A DNA stretch of 64,000 nt, from the IMG/VR virus record IMGVR_UViG_3300021420_000021, positions 1 through 64,000 of that record; one strand, given 5' to 3'. Source of the stretch: a virus. The position numbers and the translations under genes were made by a program. How positions within the stretch are numbered: position 1 is the first letter of the stretch; each line of letters begins with the position of its first letter. A model generated the notes under the pieces. The model was not told the origin of the DNA, searched no databases, and saw only the letters and a list, made by a program, of their open reading frames with translations. Positions 8,797 to 19,076 of the stretch are shown one piece after another.

Positions 8797-9338
8797 CGTA
8801 TTATCCGATCTAGTTTACGTTTTACCTTTTTCTCTTCTGCTTGATCTTTATAGCTCATCCAAGCACAATTACTCGGTTCATAATTGCCGATATCACCAAA
8901 CCGCCCTAAAGTTGTTTCATCAGGACGTTCACCCATATCACTAAGAAAATTTTTAAATGTAAGCCAACGTTTACAAACTTTAACACCTGCCGCGCCATAA
9001 CAATAATACTCTTTATGATTAGGATTACCACAACGTTGTTTCATTCCGTGCCAACTATGATATGTCGGACTACATCGATATCCGGAATGGCCGTGAATTA
9101 CTTGATCTTGTCTATTCTCTGCTAGCGCTATTGCCGACCGTTCACGTTGTAAACACCCGCACGATTGTGATCGTCCACTAAGAAGAGTAGTGCATAGTAT
9201 ATTTTTTAGCGATCCACAATCACAAACAGTCAACCATTTATAATTACCGCGTATCGATACGCCAACGGGCCATTGTGCTACCAGCCGCCCGAATCGTGAT
9301 CCTGCAATATCATTAATTTTTCTCCATCCTTTTGCCAT
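8775..9338 (-). CDS. HNH-like homing endonuclease (possibly degenerate active site)
   Basis: RFGRL...CDCG...SCGC...YGAAGV...FLSDMGERP...YEPSNCAW; LGRFG in place of the usual LDRID. Confidence 0.75.
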   Translation of the reverse strand: MAKGWRKINDIAGSRFGRLVAQWPVGVSIRGNYKWLTVCDCGSLKNILCTTLLSGRSQSCGCLQRERSAIALAENRQDQVIHGHSGYRCSPTYHSWHGMKQRCGNPNHKEYYCYGAAGVKVCKRWLTFKNFLSDMGERPDETTLGRFGDIGNYEPSNCAWMSYKDQAEEKKVKRKLDRIIRCLEKKI

Positions 9339-11306
9339 TCATCCTTTCCGATAAATCTGTCCTTGATATCCTTCAACCGCAAGGGGTATATCTTCGCCCC
9401 ATGTTGGTGACTTAACCATGCACTCTTCAAACATATCATAAGTAAGCAGAGATGTCAAGGGTGTTTCGCAAACAATTTCGTCATGTACATGTAAAACAAT
9501 TTCAAACCCGGCTTCAGTAGCGTTCATCATTCCGTTGACAAGAAGATCACGAGCGATTGCTTGAACAACGTTTTCAACTAACGACGACCCGCGAGCTTCA
9601 ATTACGCCCCATCCGCCGCCAGCGCCTCCGGGACCGTAATACTTCACGATCTTCTTCATGTACATATCGACATCGATAAACGGTTTGTCGTAATGAAGTG
9701 CTCGACCGCTTGGCAATACGATATGCAGCATGTTCGGATCACGACCGTCAATCCGTAACGGCCCGAGTTGGTATTGTTCTTTAAATGTCACGGCTCGCAC
9801 TGCCGCATTTCCGAGAGCTTTCCAATAATCAGGAACTTCCGGGTATGCTTCGCGCCACGCGTAAACAAGTTCTTTAGCTTGGTCTTCTGTGATCTTCTGA
9901 CCCATTTGCGCGGCGTATGCAATTAGCCGATTCCAACCCATGCCGAATCCGCAACCGAGAACCGGAGACTTGCAAAAGTTTCTTTGCGCTTTCGTAACTT
10001 CATCGTAAGAGATTTTGTACATCAGCGCCGCAAATGACTTATACGGATCAAGACCTTTCTGGAAGACTTGTAACATTCCCGGACACTGCGCGAGCCAAGC
10101 GAGAACGCGGTTTTCAATCGAAGAATAATCTGCGACCATGAGTTGTTTGCCTTTAGGCGCTTGCACGCTCGCACGTAACGTTCCGCCGATAGCTTCAATC
10201 GGATGAATGTTCGCGGGCATATTCGCCGCGTTCATAATCGCCGTAACAATCGCGTCATAATTTTCAGCTACTTGCTTTGTCGGCTTTAGCAGATTATGGA
10301 ATTGAACTCCTCGACTTGCCCATCGGCCTGTATGCGCCGCGTGATAGGTAAATGCTTCGCACAGCCGCTCATTGCGCGTTCGATTCTGAATAACGGGTAA
10401 TTTCTTGAACGCGATTCCGCCGAGTAATTGCTTTAACTCAAGAACATCACGAACGTTCTGACTAAGATTAGTTTCAAGCGCGGCAACAACATGGCTTTTA
10501 TCAAGACTGTCAAAAGACAAACCTTGCTGATCAAACCATGATTTTAACTGCGCGGGCGAGTTCGGATTTGCACATCCGGTCAATACTTTCAACTGTTCAA
10601 TAATCCCGGCTCGGGCGCTTTCCGCAATCGCCAATGCCTTGCCGACAAATTCAAGATTAATAGGAATTCCGCGTTGGTTAATTTTTTGATCAAGAATCCA
10701 TGTCTTGCGCTCGATTTCCGGAAACGGCGCTTTCTTTTCCAGTTCATGAAGAATTGCTCGTTCAGATACAACATCTTGTACGCAGTATAATCCAAAAGTT
10801 TTCCATTCTTCAGGATTCGTAATCCAATCTTTAAAGTGCGCCGGAACTTTCTTTGTCGCCCGAGTTGGCATTGAAAACATTTTGATCAACTTCTTACCAA
10901 TAGGATTCTTTGCAAACTCCTGCGGCAAGCTAAGCGCATCGCCCGCATCCGCAAGATGACCCGGATATCCAAGGTATCGAGCATAGGCCATCGGGTCAAA
11001 CCATTCTTCAATCTTCAGCGGTATTTGTAAAACCGCGCTGATAATTGAGAACTCAAAACCGACATTCCATGAAATTTTCGTGATCGTATTATTTGTAAGT
11101 GCAGAAAGTAAATCTTCCGGTATCGACCCGAGATGCGGCTCCCACAATGAAACCGGGCCGTCATCGAACGCATACGCGAGCATCAAAACCTTTGTATCTG
11201 CATGATTCGCATAGACATCCGTGCCGACCTTCTTCAGATCAACAGTTGACGCCGTTTCGCAATCTAGGTGGAGTCGCATAAGTCCTTTGTTTCTGTCACT
11301 CGCCAT
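9339..11306 (-). CDS. polA: DNA polymerase, family A, with 3'-5' exonuclease
   Basis: ExoI LDCET; HTGRW; motif A ADYSSIE; motif B RxxxKxxxLGxxFG; motif C HVHDEIV. Confidence 0.95.
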   Translation of the reverse strand: MASDRNKGLMRLHLDCETASTVDLKKVGTDVYANHADTKVLMLAYAFDDGPVSLWEPHLGSIPEDLLSALTNNTITKISWNVGFEFSIISAVLQIPLKIEEWFDPMAYARYLGYPGHLADAGDALSLPQEFAKNPIGKKLIKMFSMPTRATKKVPAHFKDWITNPEEWKTFGLYCVQDVVSERAILHELEKKAPFPEIERKTWILDQKINQRGIPINLEFVGKALAIAESARAGIIEQLKVLTGCANPNSPAQLKSWFDQQGLSFDSLDKSHVVAALETNLSQNVRDVLELKQLLGGIAFKKLPVIQNRTRNERLCEAFTYHAAHTGRWASRGVQFHNLLKPTKQVAENYDAIVTAIMNAANMPANIHPIEAIGGTLRASVQAPKGKQLMVADYSSIENRVLAWLAQCPGMLQVFQKGLDPYKSFAALMYKISYDEVTKAQRNFCKSPVLGCGFGMGWNRLIAYAAQMGQKITEDQAKELVYAWREAYPEVPDYWKALGNAAVRAVTFKEQYQLGPLRIDGRDPNMLHIVLPSGRALHYDKPFIDVDMYMKKIVKYYGPGGAGGGWGVIEARGSSLVENVVQAIARDLLVNGMMNATEAGFEIVLHVHDEIVCETPLTSLLTYDMFEECMVKSPTWGEDIPLAVEGYQGQIYRKG

Positions 11307-11406
11307 TTACTACGGAGTATTATATAGTCCATAAGAATGTGTATACGGACTATGGTTATTATAACGGATATAGGAGAATCTGACCCTTTTGTTGATTCTA
11401 AAGGAC

Positions 11407-12879
11407 TTAATAAATTGTTCTCATATTTGTCTCATCTTGAGACGACCTTTGTTCGAGCCAGCAATCGTTTTTACCTTGCACATAAAACACGTTTGCAGGC
11501 GCGTAAGCCCTTTGTAATGTTCGTTCTGAGATACCTTGGTCTTTGGCGATATCTTTTGCGATGTGAGGAGGACATACCGGATTACATAGTTTGGTCAGCA
11601 ACTCTATTGCTTTTTGTTCTTTGGTTGGTTTTGGGTTAAAGATTATTGGTTGTGTTGATTGTGATTGTTTCGGTCCTGCGATTTGTTTGCCGTTCAAAAG
11701 TAATACACGGTCGTCCCACACGAACACAGGTTTATTAGATCGTGATTCAATGAAGTTTCTAAATCCGCGCCAGTTGTGAAGATCAGAACAATGTGCGTGT
11801 TGACAACGGAAGCTATACGCGCCTGTTGCTGCGACCATCGCGACCGCTTCGAGTTCGCCGCCGTCCATTGTGTGCTCAGATGCATTCGGACAAGTACATG
11901 GTATAATTACATCATCGCCGTTCTGTCTGATTGATTGATAATTGACATCATAGTAATCGAGATATGATTTTAACTTATCGACTTTCTCGCGAATTTCTTT
12001 ATCATCGATGACTTCGTCATTGGGGTTGAAGTGATCGAACTCGCCCGCGACGGAAATATACTCGTTCGCAATTTCTGTGATCTGTGTTTCTGTCGTCGGA
12101 GTTTTAGATGCAAAATGTAAGACTTTGCTTTGTCTGTTGGGCCGATCATCAGTATGCGGGCCTTTGTAGACGTGCGTTCCTGCCGCTTTTGTAATTCGAG
12201 CCGCGTTAAACATTCCTTCATCGACCATTGCAGTTCCGAATTGTCCGCGAAAGTTTTGATTGATAGATTTAAGAAATCGCTTGACAAGTAAAAGATTTTC
12301 TGTTGTATTAGGAAGATCGATCCGGACGTAAATGTGATGGCCATTGCCGGAATTTGTCAAAGCAGTCTTGGGAAAGCCGCGAGATGTCAGATAAGCGCGA
12401 ATTTCCATTGCCATGTCAAGTGTGTCACGATGTTCTTGATCAGAACTATTTGTCCCTGCGGGTTGTCCGGCGTCAATATCAATCAATATCCAACGACGTA
12501 AAGAAATATCTTCATCTTCGGACATCCGCATCGAATAATGCGTCTTACCTGATTCCCACGCGATACTCTTTTTCATGCGCGGTTCTAGCGGCTGTTGCGA
12601 CAATTGCAATTCTTCGCGCAACGTCGCACTTCCGATGTAAGCTTGATTGTTTACACCTTGCCAATCGCGCTTCAATGGATTCATTGTGACGTAAACGGTC
12701 TGTTTCTTTTTTGTATTTATATAATCTATCGCTTCGGCCAACCGATCAAGATCATCGAAGAATCCGGATGTTGTAGAAGAATATTCGACTTCGTGCTTAC
12801 GCGGAACGCGCAATTCGACAACGTCTCCGGGTTCGAAGAGAAGGTCTAATCCTTTTCGTATTTCTGTAATATTGTCCAT
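11407..12879 (-). CDS. AEP-superfamily primase with C-terminal Zn-binding and HTH-like regions
   Basis: IDID, SGNGHH, NAARITK; CPxxxEH...CQHAHC; GISERTLQRA. Confidence 0.8.
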   Translation of the reverse strand: MDNITEIRKGLDLLFEPGDVVELRVPRKHEVEYSSTTSGFFDDLDRLAEAIDYINTKKKQTVYVTMNPLKRDWQGVNNQAYIGSATLREELQLSQQPLEPRMKKSIAWESGKTHYSMRMSEDEDISLRRWILIDIDAGQPAGTNSSDQEHRDTLDMAMEIRAYLTSRGFPKTALTNSGNGHHIYVRIDLPNTTENLLLVKRFLKSINQNFRGQFGTAMVDEGMFNAARITKAAGTHVYKGPHTDDRPNRQSKVLHFASKTPTTETQITEIANEYISVAGEFDHFNPNDEVIDDKEIREKVDKLKSYLDYYDVNYQSIRQNGDDVIIPCTCPNASEHTMDGGELEAVAMVAATGAYSFRCQHAHCSDLHNWRGFRNFIESRSNKPVFVWDDRVLLLNGKQIAGPKQSQSTQPIIFNPKPTKEQKAIELLTKLCNPVCPPHIAKDIAKDQGISERTLQRAYAPANVFYVQGKNDCWLEQRSSQDETNMRTIY

Positions 12880-12887
12880 GTTCTCCT

Positions 12888-12919
12888 AAAAAATAGAGGA
12901 AGGGCGGATGCCCGCCCTT
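12888..12919 (-). terminator. Terminator/attenuator-like hairpin between the SSB-like gene and primase
   Basis: AAGGGCGG/CCGCCCTT stem followed by a T-rich tract on the minus strand. Confidence 0.5.
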
Positions 12920-12965
12920 GGCTCTGCGCTCCTACCCCCTATGACGAGTAGCGATCTCGTCCAGC

Positions 12966-13409
12966 TTAAATTTCCTCTGCCATCTTCGCCGCAGCAACAG
13001 ACGACTTACGAATACGCGAAGCCGAATCGACGTTCGCATAAGTTCGGTCGCCGTTTTTGTTGTGAACGATGTTGACGTTAATTCGCATTCCGGCGATTTC
13101 AGAAATATCGAGCGACGGCTGATCGGTATTAACGCCGAGTGAACGGAGTCTCATTCCGAGTCGGGCCTTCTTGCCGAAAGACGCGGTAAACGTTTCGAAT
13201 ACGAGCATCGGAGTTCCATCCGCGCCGTTCTCGTCTTCGATGCGATAAGTGATACGAACCTTGCGCTGTTCGCCGTACAGTTCAGATTTGACCATTCCCA
13301 AATCTTCGACAGAGAGGATGGTTGCGACGTGCAAACCAACTTCAGGAAGTTCGTAAACTTTTGCTTCGATTACAACAGGTGCTTGCACCTTAGTAGCTGT
13401 TTGAGTCAT
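12966..13409 (-). CDS. Putative ssDNA-binding/replication protein (DUF669/NGO0469-like OB fold)
   Basis: GLHVATILSVEDLG...KKARL...VNIVHNKNGDRTYANV; adjacent to primase. Confidence 0.6.
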   Translation of the reverse strand: MTQTATKVQAPVVIEAKVYELPEVGLHVATILSVEDLGMVKSELYGEQRKVRITYRIEDENGADGTPMLVFETFTASFGKKARLGMRLRSLGVNTDQPSLDISEIAGMRINVNIVHNKNGDRTYANVDSASRIRKSSVAAAKMAEEI

Positions 13410-13475
13410 TTGTTTTCCTAGTTTACATCAATGCCGAGCGCCAAGAACGGCCCCGAACGGTGTGATTACTTATCA

Positions 13476-13576
13476 AGAATAACAAATCGGGCAGGATGTG
13501 TCAAGAGAAATCGCGCAAAATAAATCAGTCTCGAAGTGAGAATTTGCTTGACAAGATTTCGCGCAAGGGGTATAGT
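13476..13576. promoter_or_regulatory. Divergent sigma70 promoter pair at the strand switch
   Basis: Minus TTGACA-17-TATTCT (13504-13476); plus TTGACA-17-TATAGT (13548-13576). Confidence 0.75.
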
Positions 13577-13613
13577 TATTACATGGCGTAGTAATGGCCA
13601 GAGAAAGAGAGAT

Positions 13614-13856
13614 ATGGCATATCGTAAGCGTAAGAAACTAAAAGGGTTAGACCCTGAAGGCAAAGAATATTGGAATGAGATGTTAGCCAGAGAAGGTTTG
13701 ACGATGTGGGAAGGACTTAATCCTAAATTGAGCTATGTAGGAGGCAGTAACCAAGTAGAAATTGTGGATGGAATGTTGCAAAGCAATCTTGCTCTCGGCG
13801 GAAAGCGCGTTAAACCAACAGGATACGGGCTAGATAGCGATGAAAAAGTTTTATAA
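13614..13856 (+). CDS. Hypothetical protein (MAYRKRKKLK...)
   Basis: Internal ATG of ORF 13536..13856, downstream of the promoter. Confidence 0.65.
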   Translation: MAYRKRKKLKGLDPEGKEYWNEMLAREGLTMWEGLNPKLSYVGGSNQVEIVDGMLQSNLALGGKRVKPTGYGLDSDEKVL

Positions 13857-14161
13857 AGTTTCATGCATTTGAACTTTATTTTAGCTTATAAGTGCTTTGT
13901 TTTCAACAATTTATTATTTAATAGTGTATTTTGCGCCTAAAATTGTTGCTCGGCTTAATAAGGGTGAGGAGAAGTAAAACCCTTTTGGTCCGACCGTACC
14001 TTTTGAGTCCTGAGTGACCAAGAATTAAGCAAAAACGGTCAAATCTTCACGAAAAACATCGGGCAACCTCCTCCCTTGTACACAGTACAAGTGCCCGATG
14101 ATCTTAGCCCCACGTTTAAGAGACTATCCAGTTTCCGTGGGGCTTTTCTCAATGGAGGAAC

Positions 14162-14464
14162 ATGTCTGAAATTAAAGTTTCGAAACCGCGCCCGCCGACT
14201 CGATGGGGGCATGTTGAAACAGAACCGACGCCAATCGCGCCTTCAGTGCCGACTGCTTTGTCAGAAGCAGCACGCAATCATCTGACAATCGCGCAAAATG
14301 ATAGACACAACGATCCGATAATTATTGCTCGCGCCGTAAAAGAACTCGAACGATTTCGGGGCGATCCGGCAGTTGATGCGTACTTTGCACGAGTAAAATA
14401 TTTGCGCGATCAAGAAATTTTGAAACAAAAGATTAAGACATTAGCGCAGCGGCCAATAAAATAG
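14162..14464 (+). CDS. Hypothetical protein
   Basis: GGAGG SD. Confidence 0.7.
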   Translation: MSEIKVSKPRPPTRWGHVETEPTPIAPSVPTALSEAARNHLTIAQNDRHNDPIIIARAVKELERFRGDPAVDAYFARVKYLRDQEILKQKIKTLAQRPIK

Positions 14465-14472
14465 GAGGAGAA

Positions 14473-14673
14473 ATGGCAAACCCAGAGATTGATAACTACG
14501 TAACGGTTGGCGGCGAACCGACCGCGACGAAACAAGATTTAGAAGATTTGAAAGATCAATGCAACTCGTCCTTTTTCGAGGTTGCAAATATGTTCCTCGA
14601 ACTGCAATCAGGGCTTCAGCAATTAAACGAGCGCATCGATCTTTATAACAAGAAATCGAGTCATAAGATATAA
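14473..14673 (+). CDS. Small coiled-coil protein
   Basis: AGGAGG SD. Confidence 0.7.
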   Translation: MANPEIDNYVTVGGEPTATKQDLEDLKDQCNSSFFEVANMFLELQSGLQQLNERIDLYNKKSSHKI

Positions 14674-14675
14674 TC

Positions 14676-15464
14676 ATGGCAAACTGTGAGGAGTGCGGAG
14701 CGGCGCATATATTGCGCAATACATCGGGCGCAACTTGGAAAAAAAATTGTTTATGTCCTGATCTTTCAATACATGTTCCGAGAACTCGGGCAACGATCAT
14801 AGTTCCATCAAAACATAACGACATTTTTGAAGCTTGCAAGAATAGTATTGATAAGTACGCGCCAAAAGAAAAAAAGATTTTGGTGAGAGACGGCAATGCT
14901 ATATCCTCGCCCGACCAATGGATTACGATTCAAGGTCCGGCTAGCCCGTTCGTATATAGCAGAAACATCAATCTGGGAATCAAACAGTCTACAGGTGATG
15001 TTCTGCTTACGAATGACGATGTTAGATTTACTCATCCATACACACTTGAGATAATGCAGAATGTGATGGAGAAGAATCCTGATGTGGGAATTTTATCGCC
15101 GTTGATTATTGGCGATGTCGGGGAATTTTTTCAGTCCCACGCGACTAAGACTTTACATTATACACAAGTGCGTCTGTGTTTTGTTTGTGTACTTATAAAA
15201 AAAGAAGTACTGGATAAAGTCGGCCTTCTTGATGAACGCTTTACAGGGTACGGATATGATGATTGCGATTACTCACGTCGCGTAGTTGAAGCAGGCTGGA
15301 AACTTGGTGTGACAGGCAAAGCAAAAGTAATTCATGGTCACGGCGATAATCGAAGATCAGCGTCTTACAACCGACAAGAGTATGGAACAATTAATGCATT
15401 AGATGAAATTGCCAAGCAGCAATATTTAGAAAAATGGGGAGACTTGTCACTTGAGTGCAAGTAA
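14676..15464 (+). CDS. Glycosyltransferase family 2
   Basis: TIIVPS, NINLG, LLTNDD, VGLLDERFTGYGYDDCDYS. Confidence 0.9.
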   Translation: MANCEECGAAHILRNTSGATWKKNCLCPDLSIHVPRTRATIIVPSKHNDIFEACKNSIDKYAPKEKKILVRDGNAISSPDQWITIQGPASPFVYSRNINLGIKQSTGDVLLTNDDVRFTHPYTLEIMQNVMEKNPDVGILSPLIIGDVGEFFQSHATKTLHYTQVRLCFVCVLIKKEVLDKVGLLDERFTGYGYDDCDYSRRVVEAGWKLGVTGKAKVIHGHGDNRRSASYNRQEYGTINALDEIAKQQYLEKWGDLSLECK

Positions 15465-16191
15465 ATTATTACTCGGAGTTCTCGCGTGTCATCGTCGCGC
15501 ACAGCATCTTCAAGCGTGTCGAGATACATGGGGAAAAGATGTCATCGGTTTTGATTATAAATTTTTCTTCGGCCAAGGATCGCACGAGAACGAGCAACCT
15601 GATGAATTAATTCTTGATTCTCCAGATGACTATCGCGGACTTTCTGTAAAAGTACAAGCCGCAGTTAGATGGGCGCTTGAACATGATTATACTTCGTATT
15701 TCAAAATAGACGACGATGTTTATATCAGGCCGGAACGACTTGTGAAAGCCGCCGCAGAATGGGCGAATTATGATTTTGTCGGACGGCGACAAGGCGCGAC
15801 AGATCGGTATCACGAACACGCGTATTGTTCGGGCGGCTGCGGATATTATTTAAGCAAACGAGCGATGGAAGTTTTGGCGAACGCGCCAACACCAAATCCG
15901 GAAATCGCAGCAGAATATGCGGAAGATAGCTGGACGGGTTTACGATTACTTGAAGCAGGAATCGAAGCGCATAACGACGACAGATTGCGGCGATCCGCAG
16001 GCAGCGGGCCGAACCGTAGTCCTCGACCGAACAATTTCAACGGCTGGAAAAGTGATACGCCAACAAAGTACAATGACTACATTTCCGTGTGTGAATTCTT
16101 AGGTTCTGAGATGATCCAACTTCCTCATAGAGAATGGCTTATGTCAAATGACGCACACTCAACTGTGATGGGTCGATTGCGATTAAGATAA
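15451..16191 (+). CDS. Galactosyltransferase/Fringe-like glycosyltransferase (GT31-like)
   Basis: RDTW, DDYRGLSVK, FKIDDDVY, CSGGCGYYLS, AEDSWTG. Confidence 0.85.
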   Translation: MSASKLLLGVLACHRRAQHLQACRDTWGKDVIGFDYKFFFGQGSHENEQPDELILDSPDDYRGLSVKVQAAVRWALEHDYTSYFKIDDDVYIRPERLVKAAAEWANYDFVGRRQGATDRYHEHAYCSGGCGYYLSKRAMEVLANAPTPNPEIAAEYAEDSWTGLRLLEAGIEAHNDDRLRRSAGSGPNRSPRPNNFNGWKSDTPTKYNDYISVCEFLGSEMIQLPHREWLMSNDAHSTVMGRLRLR

Positions 16192-16267
16192 ATTTTATAA
16201 CCTTACAGATTAATTACCTGTGAGCGGGGGCGCTTATCCGCCCCCAATTCTCGATAAGGAGAAAACA

Positions 16268-16828
16268 ATGTTTTATACATATCTTTGGCTTCGCGAAGAC
16301 GGAACGCCGTATTACGCAGGCAAAGGCACGGAATTTCGAGCCTATCAAAAACATCATAATCGTGTTGGTAAATGTCCACCTAAAGATAGAGTTATTCTTC
16401 AAGAATTCTTATCAGAAGCTGATGCATTTGAAGCAGAACAGTTCTTGATTTTATACTATGGCAGAAAAGATTTGGGAACAGGCTGTTTGATAAACATGTC
16501 TGATGGCGGCGAAGGATCGGCAGGATATATTCCAACTGAAGCAGCTAAACAAAAGAATAGGGCCGCGCATTTAGGTAAGAAACAATCAGAAGAAACTATC
16601 CAGAAACGTCGTGCTTCACTTAAAGGCGTAATTCGTACAGAAGAATGGCGAAAGAATATAGGTTTAGGAAATAAAGGGCGTAAATTTACTGACGCGCATA
16701 AAGAAAAATTAAGTAACGCAAAGCTAGGCAAGAAGCGTGCGCCTGTTTCTGATGAAACGAAGAGAAAGATGAGCGAAGCACGATTAGCCTATTTCGTGAG
16801 GAGAGCCGCCAGTGCCGCTGGATTATAG
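16268..16828 (+). CDS. GIY-YIG-type homing endonuclease with NUMOD3 repeats
   Basis: FYTYLW...PYYAGKG...E...LINMSDGGEG followed by SEETIQK / SDETKRKMSEA repeats; AAGGAG SD. Confidence 0.85.
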   Translation: MFYTYLWLREDGTPYYAGKGTEFRAYQKHHNRVGKCPPKDRVILQEFLSEADAFEAEQFLILYYGRKDLGTGCLINMSDGGEGSAGYIPTEAAKQKNRAAHLGKKQSEETIQKRRASLKGVIRTEEWRKNIGLGNKGRKFTDAHKEKLSNAKLGKKRAPVSDETKRKMSEARLAYFVRRAASAAGL

Positions 16829-17531
16829 AGATATAAGTATATTTATCACGAACAAAAACAGACTCGATGTCGGCTTTCGCGATCAAATAATTTGGTGGCT
16901 TGACACAAGCATGAAAGACATAACCGTGTTGGATAACGGTTCGACTTATCCGCCGCTGTTAAAATTTTACGATGAAATTAAAAACGAAGTAAAAATTATT
17001 TTCGTTCCGAATCTTGGCGAACGAGCACCTTGGGCGTTTTGGGATTTAGGTTATCGTGATCAATTCGAAGATCGCCATGTCATAATTAACGATTCAGATT
17101 GTTGTCCGGATAAAGATTGCCCGAAAGATTTGATTTCACAAATGTTGGCCGTTCTTGATGCGTATCCAGAATGTAAGAAAGTTTCAACGGGTTTACGAAT
17201 CGACAATCTTCCAGAACATTTTAAGTTTCGCGATAAAGTTATCGATGAAGAAGGATGGAATTGGAAAGATCGTGTAATTCCTGAAATTCTTGGATTGCCG
17301 AGATTATTTAACGCGCATACAGATACTTCGCTTACTCTCTATCGCAACTCTCAAACTGTATTGTGGACTGATCAACAATTTCGAACTGATTTTCCTTACG
17401 TATGTCAGCACTATCCGTGGTATAGTGATTCTCGCCCACTGATGAAGACGCATGAAGAAATGTTTTACTTAAAAAACTTGGCAGATGGATGGGCAAATTG
17501 GCAAAGTGAGAAACGCGATGCCTCGATATAG
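16812..17531 (+). CDS. Glycosyltransferase (GT-A fold, GT2-like)
   Basis: LDNGSTYPPLL, INDSDC, DTSLTLY, HYPWY. Confidence 0.8.
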   Translation: MPLDYRDISIFITNKNRLDVGFRDQIIWWLDTSMKDITVLDNGSTYPPLLKFYDEIKNEVKIIFVPNLGERAPWAFWDLGYRDQFEDRHVIINDSDCCPDKDCPKDLISQMLAVLDAYPECKKVSTGLRIDNLPEHFKFRDKVIDEEGWNWKDRVIPEILGLPRLFNAHTDTSLTLYRNSQTVLWTDQQFRTDFPYVCQHYPWYSDSRPLMKTHEEMFYLKNLADGWANWQSEKRDASI

Positions 17532-18096
17532 TATCATAACTCCCACTCTTGTGCGCCCTACATTGAAACGTTTGTGTGATTCAATTGATGCACAAACAAA
17601 TCAATCATGGGAACATATTATTATGGTTGATGTGCCGCTGGTGTTTGATAAGAATAAAAGTAACATCGTGGAGAGCATGTCGAACGATCCTCGGCGTAAA
17701 TTTTTTAGGTGCGGACAGCCGCATAAGAATTACGGCAACACTTGTCGATGGAATGCGTTTGATAAGGCGAGCGGTGATTATATTATTTATCTCGATGACG
17801 ATGATTATCTCGCAGACGATAAAGTTTTTGAAACATTAGAACAAGTGACAAAACTGTGGGCAATATTTCCGATCATGAGATGCGGAAATCTTTGGTTTTG
17901 CGACCCGCCCGGTATGTGTAAAACCGGATCGGGAATGTTTATCTACCGTCGCTTTCTCGGATTGAAATATCCTGACAACGATCATTACTGCGCTGATGGA
18001 GAACTTTGCGAACAGCTTAAAGCGTTTCCGTATCAGTCATTAGGACACGAAAGACCGCTGATGATCTATGAACAGCGCGGACTTGGGAGGGAATAA
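17518..18096 (+). CDS. Glycosyltransferase family 2
   Basis: YSIITPT...SIDAQT...ASGDYIIYLDDDD. Confidence 0.88.
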   Translation: MPRYSIITPTLVRPTLKRLCDSIDAQTNQSWEHIIMVDVPLVFDKNKSNIVESMSNDPRRKFFRCGQPHKNYGNTCRWNAFDKASGDYIIYLDDDDYLADDKVFETLEQVTKLWAIFPIMRCGNLWFCDPPGMCKTGSGMFIYRRFLGLKYPDNDHYCADGELCEQLKAFPYQSLGHERPLMIYEQRGLGRE

Positions 18097-18098
18097 TT

Positions 18099-18254
18099 AT
18101 GATTACAGCAATTGTTGGACTTGCTGCTTTTGCAGCCGGATACGCATTTCGTGGTTTGATTCACAAAGAGATTGTTGCTGTTGGCGCGGATGTTAAAGCC
18201 GCTGACGCAAAAGCTGACGCAAAAGCTGTCGCAGAAGTAAAAGCGAAGCTGTAG
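18099..18254 (+). CDS. Small membrane-anchored Ala/Lys-rich protein, 51 aa
   Basis: MITAIVGLAAFAAGYAFRGL...ADAKADAKAVAEVKAKL; GGAGG SD. Confidence 0.65.
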   Translation: MITAIVGLAAFAAGYAFRGLIHKEIVAVGADVKAADAKADAKAVAEVKAKL

Positions 18255-18266
18255 AAAGGAATTAGC

Positions 18267-18611
18267 ATGGCTTTAGTAAATGTTGCCGGAACACAAACCG
18301 GAGTAAATACAACTTCAGGTGTAAAGGGAATTACGCAGCAATATCAATTGTCCGGCAAGCAGTCAGCGACTATTGTGCCCGGAAACGGTCTTGGCGCTAA
18401 TATTATTGGAACAGTACCTCCGGGAAAAGCCGGAATTGTTCAGATTGATAATACGATTCAGAACTCGACTGATCCGCTTGTTTCCGGTCAATTAGCGACT
18501 AATCAAGCTGATAACTTTGCCGCGAGTACGACTGGTGTTGGACTTGTTCCGACAGTTAATTCCGCGCAACTTGAATCAGCCGGAAAATCAATGGCTCCGC
18601 AGACCGAGTAA
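18267..18611 (+). CDS. Hypothetical (possible virion) protein
   Basis: ORF track; AAGGG SD. Confidence 0.7.
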   Translation: MALVNVAGTQTGVNTTSGVKGITQQYQLSGKQSATIVPGNGLGANIIGTVPPGKAGIVQIDNTIQNSTDPLVSGQLATNQADNFAASTTGVGLVPTVNSAQLESAGKSMAPQTE

Positions 18612-18689
18612 AAGATTGAATTTTGCCGTAATTGCAACCTTCGGGCGATTCATGCACGGCAAGTTCTTAGAATAGGTAACGGAGACTAT

Positions 18690-19064
18690 GTGAAGTCCGA
18701 TCCTGTTTTGCTGAAGTGGTATCGTATTATTAACTCTAAATTTTTCCTTGGCGAATTACCTAATAGCGTTTGTGTTCGTTGGGTGAATGACGAAGATAAA
18801 GAAGAAGAAAAACGGTGTGAAGATAAATATTTTGGATGGGCCGAAGAAGGCGAAACGAGTAGACATAAATATGAGATTGTATTGAGTAGAAAAAAGAACA
18901 CATCTCTTTCTGCCAAACTTTGTACTCTTGCTCATGAATGTTGCCACATTGCCACACAATTGAAAGATGATCACGGCCCTGCATTTGAAGCGCAGCGACA
19001 AAAAATAGCAGATCGAGGAATATTTAAAAAAGGAGCACTCGCCAAAAACATTACGCTCTTTTAA
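18690..19064 (+). CDS. SprT-like zinc metalloprotease
   Basis: INSKFFLGELP...TLAHECCH...HGPAF. Confidence 0.8.
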   Translation: MKSDPVLLKWYRIINSKFFLGELPNSVCVRWVNDEDKEEEKRCEDKYFGWAEEGETSRHKYEIVLSRKKNTSLSAKLCTLAHECCHIATQLKDDHGPAFEAQRQKIADRGIFKKGALAKNITLF

Positions 19065-19076
19065 TTTGGAGGAGAT

